A DNA stretch of 64,000 bases from Nitrospirota bacterium (GCA_963796285.1 CAWCKW010000012.1:1120001-1184000), one strand, 5' to 3'; positions 42,286-53,144 are shown, numbered from the stretch's first letter. Notes: generated by a model from the sequence alone, not told the origin. Numbers and translations are program-made.

Positions 42286-43665
42286 TTACCGCGCCCCCAT
42301 TGCTTTCTCGATGGTCGCCTGGTCGATCTTGTAATTGGACAAGGCGCTGGTATAGTTCGCCTGTGCGGCAACATAGGTGGCGAAGGCGTCCGAAACCTCG
42401 ATGGGGCTTCCCACTCCGGCGGAGTATCTGCCGTTTGCCAGGTCCAGGTTCTCCTTTGCCTGCGCGGATGCCAGTTCGGCGGTTGCAATGCTGGCCTCTG
42501 CCGCCTGCAGGTTCAGGTATGCCTGTTGAATATCGAGTTGTATCTGTTGTCTGAGTGACTCTTCGTTTGCCTTCAGTATATAAAAGCTTGACCTTGCCTC
42601 CGCCGCTTGATGAACGGTCAAAAATCCGCTGAACAGGGGTACGGTCAGGAGCACACCGGCATTCCAGCTGTGGTCTAAGTTCGATGTCGTCTCGCCTGCC
42701 CAGTTGTAGTTTGCGAACCCCGATAAGACCGGGTAATAGCCGGACCGTGCCAAACCGATATTTGCCTCCGCGGCCTGCCTTTTCGAGATGATCGACTTCA
42801 GGTCGGGCCTGTTCTCGAAGGCACGCGCCTTTGCCTCTTCCAGGGTTATCGCGAAGTGCTGGAATGAGAGGTTGTCCTCAATGGCATACTCAGGCGCATC
42901 CGGGGTCCCCATGATATTGTTAAGGGTCACCCAGGCCAAGTTAAGCGCGTTCTCGGCATTGATGAGGCTCAGTTTTGCATTACTCAGGTCCACTTCCGCT
43001 TTGATGACGTCGATCCTCGCCTTTGTTCCGACATCATAAAAACCTTTTGCCTGATCGAGGTGCAGTTGAAATTGTTTCAGGACGTCCGCGGCAACATCCC
43101 GGTCCCTCCTGGCCTTCAAGACGCCATAATAGGCCTGCTTTACGCTCAGGATGATAGTATCCTGCGTTGTGGTCAGATCTGAACGGGCAGACTCGAGGTT
43201 ATATTTCGAAATGTCGACCTGCTGAAAGGTCTTCCCGAAATCAAAAATGTTCTGGTTGAGGGTAATGCTGCTCGTATACTGGTCGTACGCCGCCGAGCTG
43301 CCGAAGGTGCTCGTCTGGGATGACAGGGGGTCTATTCTGGTATACGCTCCCGACGCACTGAGCTGCGGGTAGTAGTTTGAACGGGCTTCCCCTACCCTGC
43401 TCTGATTGACGTCAACGCCATATATCGATGCAAGGACGGTCGGATTTTTATTGAGCGCGGTCTCGATGCACTGGTTCAGGGTGAGGAGGGGGACCGGTTT
43501 TGCCGCTCCTGCCGCGGCTATTTCCTGTTCATTGGTCTGTCCCTGGACCGTTGCACCCTCACCGATCGGCTCCGCTTCGGCCGCTGACAGGCGCATGAGC
43601 GTCGTCAGCGACAACAATGACAGGATAGACAGCGCACTCACGATAGCTTTGCATTTTCTGTTCAT
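42286..43665 (-). CDS. TolC-family outer membrane efflux protein
   Basis: Signal peptide; duplicated YYP.LS repeats, RPDL, RY.AG motifs. Confidence 0.92.
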   Translation of the reverse strand: MNRKCKAIVSALSILSLLSLTTLMRLSAAEAEPIGEGATVQGQTNEQEIAAAGAAKPVPLLTLNQCIETALNKNPTVLASIYGVDVNQSRVGEARSNYYPQLSASGAYTRIDPLSSQTSTFGSSAAYDQYTSSITLNQNIFDFGKTFQQVDISKYNLESARSDLTTTQDTIILSVKQAYYGVLKARRDRDVAADVLKQFQLHLDQAKGFYDVGTKARIDVIKAEVDLSNAKLSLINAENALNLAWVTLNNIMGTPDAPEYAIEDNLSFQHFAITLEEAKARAFENRPDLKSIISKRQAAEANIGLARSGYYPVLSGFANYNWAGETTSNLDHSWNAGVLLTVPLFSGFLTVHQAAEARSSFYILKANEESLRQQIQLDIQQAYLNLQAAEASIATAELASAQAKENLDLANGRYSAGVGSPIEVSDAFATYVAAQANYTSALSNYKIDQATIEKAMGAR

Positions 43666-43753
43666 AGTGATTCCCCCGGATTACTGGTTAGTGTCCTCTA
43701 TGGGACACAGGATTGCGGAATTGGTTCAATCCACTGGAAAGAAAAAAGATTCC

Positions 43754-44347
43754 CTACTCGTTTTTCATTGTGCCGAACATGAATATATCCACGAACTCTT
43801 TGATGTTCTTTTCCATTGTTTGTTTTTTCATACCGCCTGCCCGCATGATCTCCTCGGAGCGGAAGTAAGAGAACAGCATGCCCAAAAACATCTGGGCCGC
43901 CATCTCCGGAGATATGGTCCGGAGAAGGCCCTTTTTCTGCAGTCCCCTGAAGTAGGATGCGAGGGTCAAACGGAGATCATCGGCGAACTTGTTATAGAGT
44001 TTCTTGATCTTCTCAGGATAGATCGTTCCTTCCGAGTACATGATCTTGACCATTGACTTGCGTTCTTTCAGCGACAGCAAAAATCTGGATGCGATCTGCC
44101 TGAGCGAATCCCCATAGGAAAGACCGTCCAACTCCGGCAACAGTTCCTTCAGCCTCGGCAAAAAGGTGTGGTTCCTCAAAAGCGCTTCAAAAAGCTTTTC
44201 CTTGGTCCCGAAATGCCGGAACAGGGTCAACTCGGTGACCCCCGCTTCCTGGGCGATCTCCCGCGTCGTGGACCCGAGATAGCCTTTTTCCGAGATCAAT
44301 TTGAGCGTTGCGTCCAGCAGCCTCTGTTCTGTTGTGTTTTTCTTCAT
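43754..44347 (-). CDS. TetR family transcriptional regulator
   Basis: [27 protein letters not shown]. Confidence 0.95.
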   Translation of the reverse strand: MKKNTTEQRLLDATLKLISEKGYLGSTTREIAQEAGVTELTLFRHFGTKEKLFEALLRNHTFLPRLKELLPELDGLSYGDSLRQIASRFLLSLKERKSMVKIMYSEGTIYPEKIKKLYNKFADDLRLTLASYFRGLQKKGLLRTISPEMAAQMFLGMLFSYFRSEEIMRAGGMKKQTMEKNIKEFVDIFMFGTMKNE

Positions 44348-44348
44348 A

Positions 44349-44394
44349 AATGTAAGCAGGCACTTACATTACATCAGAACCGGAGGAAAGTCAA
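44349..44394 (-). promoter_or_regulatory. Sigma70 promoter and palindromic operator of the TetR efflux operon
   Basis: Minus-strand TTGACT-N17-TAATGT overlapping palindrome AATGTAAG-N6-CTTACATT (44349-44370) directly before the ATG. Confidence 0.7.
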
Positions 44395-44493
44395 GCGTCC
44401 GCCTTGATCCGGCATTTTTCCCTTGCATGGTTCACGGTCTTGTGGTATCGTATGCCTGCTTTTAATAACTTGCAGGTAATGGAGGACTTTACA

Positions 44494-44688
44494 GTGGCGG
44501 GTACGTGTGATATTTGCGGAAAGGGCAAGCTCAGCGGAAACAAAGTGAGCCATGCCAATAACAGATCCAAGAAGTTTTCAAAGCCGAATTTGCAACCGAT
44601 CAGGGCAGAGGCGGCCAATGGTTCGCATGTGCGCATGCATGTCTGTACGCGGTGCATTCGATCGGGCAAAGTAAAGAAAGTAAGCTAG
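44494..44688 (+). CDS. rpmB: 50S ribosomal protein L28
   Basis: GGAGG plus GTG start; CDICGK...GNKVSHANN...PNLQ...CTRCIRS. Confidence 0.95.
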   Translation: MAGTCDICGKGKLSGNKVSHANNRSKKFSKPNLQPIRAEAANGSHVRMHVCTRCIRSGKVKKVS

Positions 44689-44707
44689 CTTCCAATTATC
44701 TTCAACG

Positions 44708-44740
44708 CAATCCCCTGCTTCAATTGAAGCAGGGGATTAT
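44708..44740 (+). terminator. Terminator hairpin after rpmB
   Basis: AATCCCCTGCTTCA-AT-TGAAGCAGGGGATT. Confidence 0.7.
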
Positions 44741-44906
44741 TAATCCCTGAACTACTCTCCAGCAACTCACATCATCGTCAAATAATATTGAGCCGGTGAA
44801 GATGCCCTATCCTTAGATCATATCCAATAATACACTGTTATTCCTTATTTTTTTACAAACAGATACTATTAAAATTGCAATAAATAAAATATGTTAAATT
44901 ATGATT

Positions 44907-44923
44907 TTTAGGTTGACACTAAT
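44907..44923. promoter_or_regulatory. TTAG-N7-CTAA operator-like site
   Basis: TTTAGGTTGACACTAAT, nearly identical to ATTAGGTTGTCTCTAAT at 46361. Confidence 0.5.
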
Positions 44924-45148
44924 CGAACCTGGGACTATATTATTATTCTTAGGAATAAAATGGTATTTGAATTTTAGTATTATTAAACAAGGCATCTCAC
45001 GTCAGACACTAGCTCCCGTACTCTTTTTTAAGGGACAAGGAGGTGAATACTCAGAGATTAGATGATAATTAAGGATGCGATAACAATAATCTGTATGTTT
45101 CACCTGAGCACCTAAGTGCTCGGAACTATTTAACATGGGAGGGATCAG

Positions 45149-46235
45149 ATGAAAAAGATTCTGGTGATCAGTTTGGTAGTGATGAGTGCTTTTGGGCTCT
45201 TCCTGGGCCTGTCACAGAGCGCAGTGGTGGAGGCAGCAGATGTTAGTGTTGTTACTGTGAAAGTAGTGCCGGCAGCCAAAATACCGACCTTTGACGCGAC
45301 GGCCTATATCGCCGGCCATGGCGGTCACATCGCGATCATCAATATGAAGACCATGAAGCCCCCGATGGACGTGGAAAAGGACCGGATCGTCCTTTCCGAG
45401 GCCGGTTCCGAGATGGAAGGCAAGATCGCGGGCATGAGCTTTGAAGAAGTGAAGAAGGCCGGCGGGACCCACGGCCAGTCCATCGTCACCGAAAAAGGCA
45501 AGAAGATCCTTGTTGCCGGAACACTGGCGGGAAACATATACAAGATAGACCTGGCAACAATGAAGAAGGAAGGCCCCTTCAAGGTCGGCGAGAAGTTCTG
45601 CGGCGCGATCGCAGGACCCGATGGAAACATATACTTCGAGGATATGGCGGACGGAAATGTCTATGTCTGGGATGCAAAGACGCTGAAAACCGTTGACAAG
45701 ATGCCGGTGGGCAAGGCGGTGTGCGGTATCCAGTGGACCAAGAACGGCAAGAAGGCCTATATTTCCGACATGCCGCAGGGTATCGTCTTTGTGTATGATT
45801 GGAAGACGAAAAAAGAGATCAAACAGATCACGAGCCCCGAGATGACATTCCTCCATCAGATCAGAATGACAGCCGGACGGCAAATACCTCTGGGTCAGCG
45901 CCCCGAACGAATTTGATCCGGGTCTCAAGCCGGGCACGCACAAGAGCCAGGTCATCATAATCGATACGAAAACTGACACGATCGTCAAGCGCCTCGTCCT
46001 TCCCGATGATGTGCGGCCGCATGATTTTGCATTTACCCCGGACGGCAAGTATGCGTTCCTTTCATCAAGGACCTATGGTGACGACAGCACGCTGAACGTC
46101 ATGGACATGAAGAACTACGATCTCGTTGGCAAAGTGTCCGCCTGCGCCGGCTGCCACAAGGCGAATGGCGTAGAAGTCAAGATCGACAAGGGTTCTCCGC
46201 TCCTCTGCGGCATCGAAGTCGACTGGCATAAGTAG
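45149..46235 (+). CDS. Exported YVTN/YncE-like beta-propeller protein with C-terminal CxxCH (frameshift ~45871)
   Basis: Signal peptide; repeated (T/G)PDG/TKNG blade motifs; rejoined MTPDGKYLWVSAP...RPHDFAFTPDGKY; CAGCH. Confidence 0.8.
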
Positions 46236-46266
46236 ACCGACCTGTAGTCCGTCAAGTTCGGTATCG

Positions 46267-46303
46267 GCCGGAGGCATGTTTCACCTGCCTCCGGCTTCTT
46301 CTT
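46267..46303 (+). terminator. Intrinsic terminator after the beta-propeller gene
   Basis: GCCGGAGGCA...TGCCTCCGGC followed by TTCTTCTTT. Confidence 0.65.
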
Positions 46304-46360
46304 TCCCTATTCCATAAAACCGCCGACGCATTTACAATCTGCTTGCATACTTGTTGTCTA

Positions 46361-46377
46361 ATTAGGTTGTCTCTAAT
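46361..46377. promoter_or_regulatory. ATTAG-N7-CTAAT operator-like palindrome
   Basis: Flanked by overlapping half-sites (CTAATTAG twice). Confidence 0.55.
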
Positions 46378-46459
46378 TAGTTTACTGCCTGCTCATCTTC
46401 TGGTATAATAAGTATGAATCGTTACTAAATCCACTATGAAGGAATAATCGTCTCTCGCT

Positions 46460-47659
46460 ATGAACATTCCTTATGTTGCTCTGAAAAATCTCAGAAGAAA
46501 ACTGACCCGGACGTGGCTTTTATTTTCCATTGTCGCGGTCGTATCCTGCACCCTCTTCTCGGCCACGCTCTTTCTGAAAAGCATCAATAATGCCCTGAGG
46601 ATCGGTACGTATCGCCTCGGCGCCGATATCCTGGTCGTTCCCGAGAGCGCGGAGGACAAGGCGAAATGCGCGCTGCTTTCCGGCGAGCCTACCCAATTCC
46701 TGATGGACAGGTCCGTTCTCGACCGGGTCAAGGCCATCGAAGGCATCAAGAGCGCAACACCCCAGCTTGTTCATCAAACCGACCAGCTTTACCTGCTGCT
46801 TCAATGTGGACGTGTTCCTCGTGGCCTTCGATCCCGACACCGATTTCACGGTCAAACCCTGGCTTGAAAAGAACCTCAACCGGAAGCTCGGCATCAATGA
46901 GATCATCACCGGCAGGAACGTCCCGGTGATCGTAGGAGACAAGATCCCCTTTTTCGGCACAACTTTCACGGTTGCAGGGACCATGGAAGCGACGGGGATG
47001 GATTTCTTCGACCGTGCCGTCTTCATGAGCCTCGACTGCAGCGTACAAGATGGCGGAAAATTCAAAAACCAAGGCGATCCAGCCCATAGAGATCGGCAGG
47101 GACCAGATATCCACCGTCCTCGTACAGGTAAAAGATGACATTACCCCGGACCGCGTCGCAATCCGGATCGAACATGACATCAGCGGTGTCAAGGCGCTGG
47201 TTTCGGACACCATCATCAGCACGGTGCGGAAACAGCTTTCCGGCCTTATCAAAGCGATCTTGATCATCAGCATCATCCTCTGGTTCATCGTCCTCCTGAT
47301 CATGGCGTTTGCCTTTTATATGATCGTGAACGAACGCCGCAGGGAGATCGGCATCTTGCGCGCTATGGGAGCGAACAGGGGGCATATAGCCGCCATTATA
47401 CTGAACGAAGCCACGTTCTGCTTTCGGCCACGGGCGGCGCGGTGGGGATCGTCCTCGGATACGTGTTGCTCATCAGTTTCAAGAACCTGATGCTCCACTA
47501 CCTCAAACTCCCCTATCTCTTCCCCGCCACGCCGGAGTTGATCCTGCTGACTGTCGGAGCGCTCATTGTTTCCATCGTCACCGGCCTCATTGCCGCGTTC
47601 CTGCCGTCATCGCGCTCCTGAAAGTGGAGCCCTACGAAGCGATCAGGAGCGCGGAATGA
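46460..47659 (+). CDS. FtsX/MacB-like ABC permease with CC motif (several frameshifts)
   Basis: RLGADILVVP, SFTCC, ERRREIGILRAMGA, P.EAIR fragments in successive frames. Confidence 0.8.
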
Positions 47660-48255
47660 AGCCCATTATTTTCATCCTTTTCATGACGTCCTTTCTGTTC
47701 TTCTCCTGCACTAAAAACAAGGAGGAGGCGACTCCTCCTGTCGACACGGAAAAGAACCTTTTCGAGGAACTCAAGGACCAGACCGTCAAGAATCCCAAGG
47801 ATGCAGAGGCATGGTACCATCTCTCAGATCTCTATGAACGCTCAGAGGCATATACAGCGAAGAGGTGAATGCCCTTCAAAAGGTCATTGCCATCGACCCG
47901 CAGCGTGGATACGCCTACGTGAAACTGGGGAATGCGTACAGCAGGCTAGGACAATATCAGGAGGGCCTTACCAGTTACCGGAAGGCGATCAAGTTCTTTC
48001 CCAAGAATCCCGTGCTCTATAACAACATGGCGATTGCCTACGGCAAGCTCGGTAAAACAGACGAAGAGATACGTGACCCTTAAAAAAGCCATCGCCCTGC
48101 GGCCGCACTACTCAACCGCCAGGTACAATCTCGGCTTTGCGCTGCTCAAAAAGGGGAAACGTGCCCAAGCGCTCAACCAATACCATGAACTCGATAAATT
48201 TGACGCGGGGGTTGCAGCAGCCCTCAAAAAAGAGATCGACGAAACGGGAAAATAA
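47656..48255 (+). CDS. TPR-repeat lipoprotein (frameshifted)
   Basis: LFFSC lipobox; AWYHL, AYVKLGNAY, YNNMAIAY, RYNLG TPR helices. Confidence 0.78.
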
Positions 48256-48256
48256 G

Positions 48257-48668
48257 ATGATACGACGATTGCTGTTCACGGGAATAGCCCTGGCGCTCAT
48301 CCGTGATGTCCCTGACGCCTGCTCGTTGCAGAGGACATCAGATGTACTGAATGCGGTATGATGGTCCAGATGGATTCAAAATTCACTTCAAAGATCACCC
48401 AGGGAGAGACGACCCTCTATTTCTGCGATATCGGGGACCTGTTCACATATCTGAAGAAGACATAATATGAAAGAGGCCAGGGCCGCGGTCAAGGATTACA
48501 CGACCGGGGAATGGATCGATGCCCGCAAGGCGTACTTATGTCAATACAAAACGAAATTCAGGACACCCATGGGCATGGGGCATTGCCGCATTTAAGGACA
48601 AGAAGCGAGGCCTCGAAAGCCGGCAGCAATACTGGATTTCGACGCGAACGGCAAAGGCATTGAAATGA
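48257..48668 (+). CDS. NosL-like metal-binding accessory protein (frameshifted)
   Basis: Fragments C.ECGM, YFCDIGDL, VKDYTTGEWIDA, TPM.WGIAAF in mixed frames. Confidence 0.65.
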
Positions 48669-49074
48669 GGAAGCTTGATCGCGATCACGGCGCTCGCAGG
48701 CGGGATCCTTTTTTGCTGGTGCCTCAGGTACATTCTTCCTGCCTGCGAATATGTAGGGTTTCCCGCGCATGCACTGTTCTGATACGGCCCAGGCGGAATG
48801 GGTGGTCGGCACAGTGCTGATCGTGGTTTCCTGCATCGACCTTCTTCATGAAATCGGCAAAAGATGCCGCTGGCCGGTGCCATTCTATCATTCTCGTGTT
48901 CGGCTCGCTTACTGGCTTCCGGACAAATATCGGGTATTGCCAGAGCCCGCGGATGCCCTGTCATTACGGCATGGTGCCTGGGGTCAGGTTTATCGCCGTC
49001 CTCGGCATCCTGATCATGATCGGCGCGGTTTTCAGCATCGCAAAGGATCATACGGAAAGAAAGGAAAATCATGA
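48665..49074 (+). CDS. DUF4418-like membrane protein (frameshifted)
   Basis: P.C...MHC..T..AE and IGYC....MPCH motifs between TM segments. Confidence 0.6.
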
Positions 49075-49772
49075 TCGAACTGAAAGGATTATCGAAAACC
49101 TACACAATATCCGGGAAAAGCATCAAGGCGGTCCAGCCGATGATCTTACGCATCCAGCAGGGAGAATTCGTCTCCATCGTCGGACACTCAGGAAGCGGCA
49201 AGAGCACCTTTCTGAGCCTTATCGGCGGCATTGCGCGGCCCGACACCGGCACGGTCACCATCGATGGAACGAATATCTGGAACATACAACGATCAGGAAC
49301 TGTTCAAAGCTCAGGAACGAGAAGTTCGGTTTCGTGTACCAGTTCGCGAGCCTTATCCCGACGCTGACCGCGATGGAGAATGTTCTCCTCCCTACGGTGT
49401 TCGGCGGAAAGAAGATCAACGGACGATGCGGTACGGCTGCTCAAGCTCGTGGGACTCGGCGAAAAAACCGACCGGTATCCGTCCGAGCTCTGCGGAGGCG
49501 AGCAGCAGCGCGTTGCGATCGCCCGCGCCTTCATCCATGACCCGGAGATCATTCTTGCGGACGAGCCCACGGGGGACCTAGACGAGGAGACGGAAGCGGA
49601 GATCATGGCGTTTTTCGAAAAGATCAATAAAGAGAAGAAGGTTACCATGATCATGGTGACCCACAGCTCCGAAATCGCGCTCCGCGCCGGCACGCGATAC
49701 CGCATGAAACAGGGCGTTCTTGATACAGCTGAATTGAAACCATCTCGATCATCCAATTCAATGAATGCGTAA
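49071..49772 (+). CDS. ABC transporter ATP-binding protein (frameshifted)
   Basis: GHSGSGKS, L.GGEQQRVAIARA, ADEPTGDLD. Confidence 0.88.
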
Positions 49773-49810
49773 CGAACAACGGCGGCCTTGCGGGCCGCCG
49801 TTGTTCGTTA
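49770..49810. terminator. Bidirectional terminator hairpin between convergent genes
   Basis: TAACGAACAACGGCGGCC-TTGCG-GGCCGCCGTTGTTCGTTA. Confidence 0.8.
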
Positions 49811-49834
49811 CCTGAACTCTATCGTCGTTGTCAG

Positions 49835-50542
49835 CTATTTCTTCTTCTTATCTCCGAACAGATAATCGTACTCCGCCGGATGATGGTGTTTGAGCTGCTC
49901 GGTCGTCATTTTCCCGGTGATCCACATCCAGTTCATCGGGAACACCTCGGAACGCAGGTGCTCATTGTAGAAATGGAAAATGAGGATGAACACGATGGCA
50001 AGAAGCGCCTCGTCACTGTGCATGGCGAAGACGACGTCCCAGATCCACCCGAGTGTAAATGTCGGGAACAAGTAAGACACCGTCACCGGGAATGCTAGGA
50101 AAAAACCGGATGCCCCGATGATGAACATGCCCCAATACACAGCCCAGTAGTCGAACTTCTGCATATAGCTGAATTTGCCGAAATAGGGTTTTTCCTTCCT
50201 GATGCCGAAGAAATACATGAAATTATGGAACGCATCCACCACGTCCTTGGGCATGGGAACGAGGGTAAGCCTGAACCCTCCCTTGCGCGCCTGGTTCACG
50301 AGGTAGAACTGGTGGTAGATGAAATCGAGCAGCATCGTGATGCCCGCCACCCGGTGAATGATCCCCGCCATCTTCGCGCCGCCCCAGAAACTGATCCAGG
50401 CGCTTGCCGGGTCCTGGTACGCGTACTTGAGCCCCCAACCGGTAAAGGACAGGAGCAAGAAGGTCGTGAACATGATGACGTGCTGGATCCTTGCCGAGAG
50501 GTCGAACCTCTCTATCTCCTTGGGTATATCCTGACTATTCAT
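49835..50542 (-). CDS. Cytochrome b subunit (FdnI/CbcB-like, 4 TM)
   Basis: RIQH, IHRVAG, QKFDYWAVYWG, HSDEALLA...HFYN. Confidence 0.88.
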   Translation of the reverse strand: MNSQDIPKEIERFDLSARIQHVIMFTTFLLLSFTGWGLKYAYQDPASAWISFWGGAKMAGIIHRVAGITMLLDFIYHQFYLVNQARKGGFRLTLVPMPKDVVDAFHNFMYFFGIRKEKPYFGKFSYMQKFDYWAVYWGMFIIGASGFFLAFPVTVSYLFPTFTLGWIWDVVFAMHSDEALLAIVFILIFHFYNEHLRSEVFPMNWMWITGKMTTEQLKHHHPAEYDYLFGDKKKK

Positions 50543-51452
50543 GCTTGCCTCCCTTCCTGAACAAACGCTCACGGATGTCCGCGAAAATGTCCAAAAGCAC
50601 ATGGATACAAATGAACGCAAACACGCTCATGGTGAGAACGATCAATGCAAGCTCGGTAAAATGCGCGATGGGATGAAGCGGCTGGTGGGTAATCGCAGCA
50701 ACGAATTTTTCCGTGGCGCCCGCATGACATTTCCCACAAGTCTTTATCTTATTCGCACCAAAGACCGGTGACGATGGGTCTTTGACATCTTTAATATCGT
50801 GAGAACCATGGCAATTGACGCATGACGGAGCACCGGCATGGCCGACTTTCAGCTTTCTGCCATGGAAGCTTTCTTTGTAGCGCTCCATGACGTGGGGAGT
50901 CAGTCCATATTTCTCGGACATCATCTTCTCTTCGTGACAGGTGCCGCAGGTCTGTACCACATTGAAGTGATTCACTGCCGATTCTTTGCTCGTCTTCGGC
51001 TGGATGTAGTGCGGCGATCCATGGCAGCTGGTACAGACCGGGCCATCACTCGATTTTTTGATGATCACATTCCGCCCATGTACGCTCTCTTTATAGGCGG
51101 CATAGATGTCCGGATGACAGGTCACGCAGGCCGCCTGTGCGATCGGCTCTTTCAGGCCCTTCGGCGAGAGCGCGGCTGCAAGCGCCTGAACAGCACTGTC
51201 CGGCTTTCCTCCCGCCAACCCCTGATGTTGCGAACCCTTCAGGGTCAGGTGGCACATGAGGCAATCATTCATCCCGCCGTGAACAGACTTAGAGAATTTT
51301 TCCTGGTCCACATTGACGGCCCCCTCCATCGAGCCGTGACAACCCAGACATGTTGCCGCATCCGTAGCTGCGCCGGCTGCCGGTGTCAATCCAAAGGTGA
51401 ACAACAACATCAGTAATGCACTCAGCCAATTCCCCATACCTTCTCCTTTCAT
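50535..51452 (-). CDS. Heptaheme cytochrome c with C-terminal membrane anchor (CbcA-like)
   Basis: Seven CxxCH (CLGCH, CLMCH, CVTCH, CTSCH, CGTCH, CVNCH, CGKCH), signal peptide, C-terminal TM. Confidence 0.9.
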   Translation of the reverse strand: MKGEGMGNWLSALLMLLFTFGLTPAAGAATDAATCLGCHGSMEGAVNVDQEKFSKSVHGGMNDCLMCHLTLKGSQHQGLAGGKPDSAVQALAAALSPKGLKEPIAQAACVTCHPDIYAAYKESVHGRNVIIKKSSDGPVCTSCHGSPHYIQPKTSKESAVNHFNVVQTCGTCHEEKMMSEKYGLTPHVMERYKESFHGRKLKVGHAGAPSCVNCHGSHDIKDVKDPSSPVFGANKIKTCGKCHAGATEKFVAAITHQPLHPIAHFTELALIVLTMSVFAFICIHVLLDIFADIRERLFRKGGKHE

Positions 51453-51606
51453 CTAGTTGAAATAGTATATAAATCCGGTCATTATTCTGCAGGTACCATG
51501 CCAAAACTAACCTGTTGTTTTTATAATGCTTCAGGTGCAATAAGTTTTCGCAATAATGAGAACTCAGCAAGTATTATTTCACATTTGCGAACAACGTGGC
51601 TATCGA

Positions 51607-52353
51607 TCACTCGGGGTAGTATACCTCGACCAGGTACAAGCCCTGGGGAGGGGCCGTCCGCCCTGCCATGGTCCGGTCCCGCGACTTGAGCATCCGTTTC
51701 ACGTCAACTGGACCGAACCTGCCGAGGCCTACTTCGACGAGCGTACCCACGATGTTTCTCGCCATATGCTGGAGAAAGGCATCAGCCTCGATCCCCATCT
51801 CAACGAAGTCACCGGTTTTTTTTATGACAACAGCCCTGATCGTTCTCACCGGCGTTTTTGCCGTACAGCCTGATCCGCGAAAGGCGGAAAAGTCGTGTTT
51901 CCCCACGAACAAAGCAGCGGCCAGCCTCATGTTCTTCAGGTGCAAACGCTGGTTCACATGCCAGGAATACTTGCGATACAACGCCGACGGCGCGCGTCTA
52001 TTCAGAATGCGGTATGAATAGAATTTCCCCAGAGCGCTGAAACGGGCGTGAAAATCATCGGGAACCTCTTCCGATGTCAGAATTCTGATATCGTTCGGCA
52101 ACCAATGATTCAACGCCGGAGCCCATGCCTCAGAAGGAATACTGCATTCGGTCTCAAAGTTTGCGACGTGTCCAAGAGCATGCACGCCCGCATCGGTCCT
52201 GCCTGACGAATACGTCTTTATCGTATCATGGGTGAGGGCCATGAGCGCCTGTTCAAGCGTATCCTGGATAGTCGGCATCCCGCTCCCGATCTGCGACTGC
52301 CAGCCATGATAATTGGTGCCGTCGTATTCAAGAATGAGTTTAATGTTCCGCAT
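51607..52353 (-). CDS. truA: tRNA pseudouridine(38-40) synthase
   Basis: YDGT.YHGWQ, GRTDAGVHA, FHARFSA, TAPPQGLYL. Confidence 0.96.
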   Translation of the reverse strand: MRNIKLILEYDGTNYHGWQSQIGSGMPTIQDTLEQALMALTHDTIKTYSSGRTDAGVHALGHVANFETECSIPSEAWAPALNHWLPNDIRILTSEEVPDDFHARFSALGKFYSYRILNRRAPSALYRKYSWHVNQRLHLKNMRLAAALFVGKHDFSAFRGSGCTAKTPVRTIRAVVIKKTGDFVEMGIEADAFLQHMARNIVGTLVEVGLGRFGPVDVKRMLKSRDRTMAGRTAPPQGLYLVEVYYPE

Positions 52354-52442
52354 ATCAGATGCTAGAATACAGAAGACCGCGGACAAACGCCAGACAAAAA
52401 AACTTATTTTATTATCTGTTTTTCGACCTCCGCCTTCTTTTT

Positions 52443-53144
52443 TTATTCCCCCAGATACGCCTTTTTGATCCCCGGGTCCTTCTCAAGTTCAGAGGCCCGG
52501 CCCTGCATCACGATCCTCCCGGTCTCCAGAACGTATGCCCGGTGCGCTAGACGGAGCGCTGCTTTTGCATTCTGTTCCACAAGGAGGATGGTCGTTCCCT
52601 GCTCGTTGATCTCTTTGATGATCTTGAATATCCTGCTCACGATGATCGGCGCGAGACCAAGCGACGGCTCGTCAAGAAGAAGAAGCTTCGGCCGCGACAT
52701 GAGCGCCCGACCGATGGCGAGCATCTGCTGTTCGCCGCCCGAGAGCGTGCCGCCGAGTTGTTTATTCCTGTCCGCAAGCGCGGGGAACATCTCGAATACC
52801 CGTGCAAGATCTCCTGCAAACTCCCGTTTGTCTTTGATAAAAGCACCCATTTCAAGGTTCTCGCGCACCGTCATCCTCGCGAAGATGCGCCTCCCTTCGG
52901 GGACCTGTGTGATCCCCATCTGGACGATCGCGTGTGCTGGACGTCCGGACAACTCTGCGCCCTCATACAGGATACTGCCCGACCGCAGTACGGCAACCCC
53001 GGAGACCGCCATCAAGGTCGTTGACTTACCGGCGCCGTTCGCCCCGATCAGTGCAACGATCTCCCCTCGCTCCACCTGCAGGCTGATGCCTTTGAGCGCA
53101 TCGATCATCCCGTAGGAAACGGTCACCTCGCGCAGCTCAAGCAT
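52443..53144 (-). CDS. livF: Branched-chain amino acid ABC ATPase LivF
   Basis: GANGAGKS, VPEGRRIF, LSGGEQQMLAIGRAL, DEPSLGLAP. Confidence 0.95.
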   Translation of the reverse strand: MLELREVTVSYGMIDALKGISLQVERGEIVALIGANGAGKSTTLMAVSGVAVLRSGSILYEGAELSGRPAHAIVQMGITQVPEGRRIFARMTVRENLEMGAFIKDKREFAGDLARVFEMFPALADRNKQLGGTLSGGEQQMLAIGRALMSRPKLLLLDEPSLGLAPIIVSRIFKIIKEINEQGTTILLVEQNAKAALRLAHRAYVLETGRIVMQGRASELEKDPGIKKAYLGE

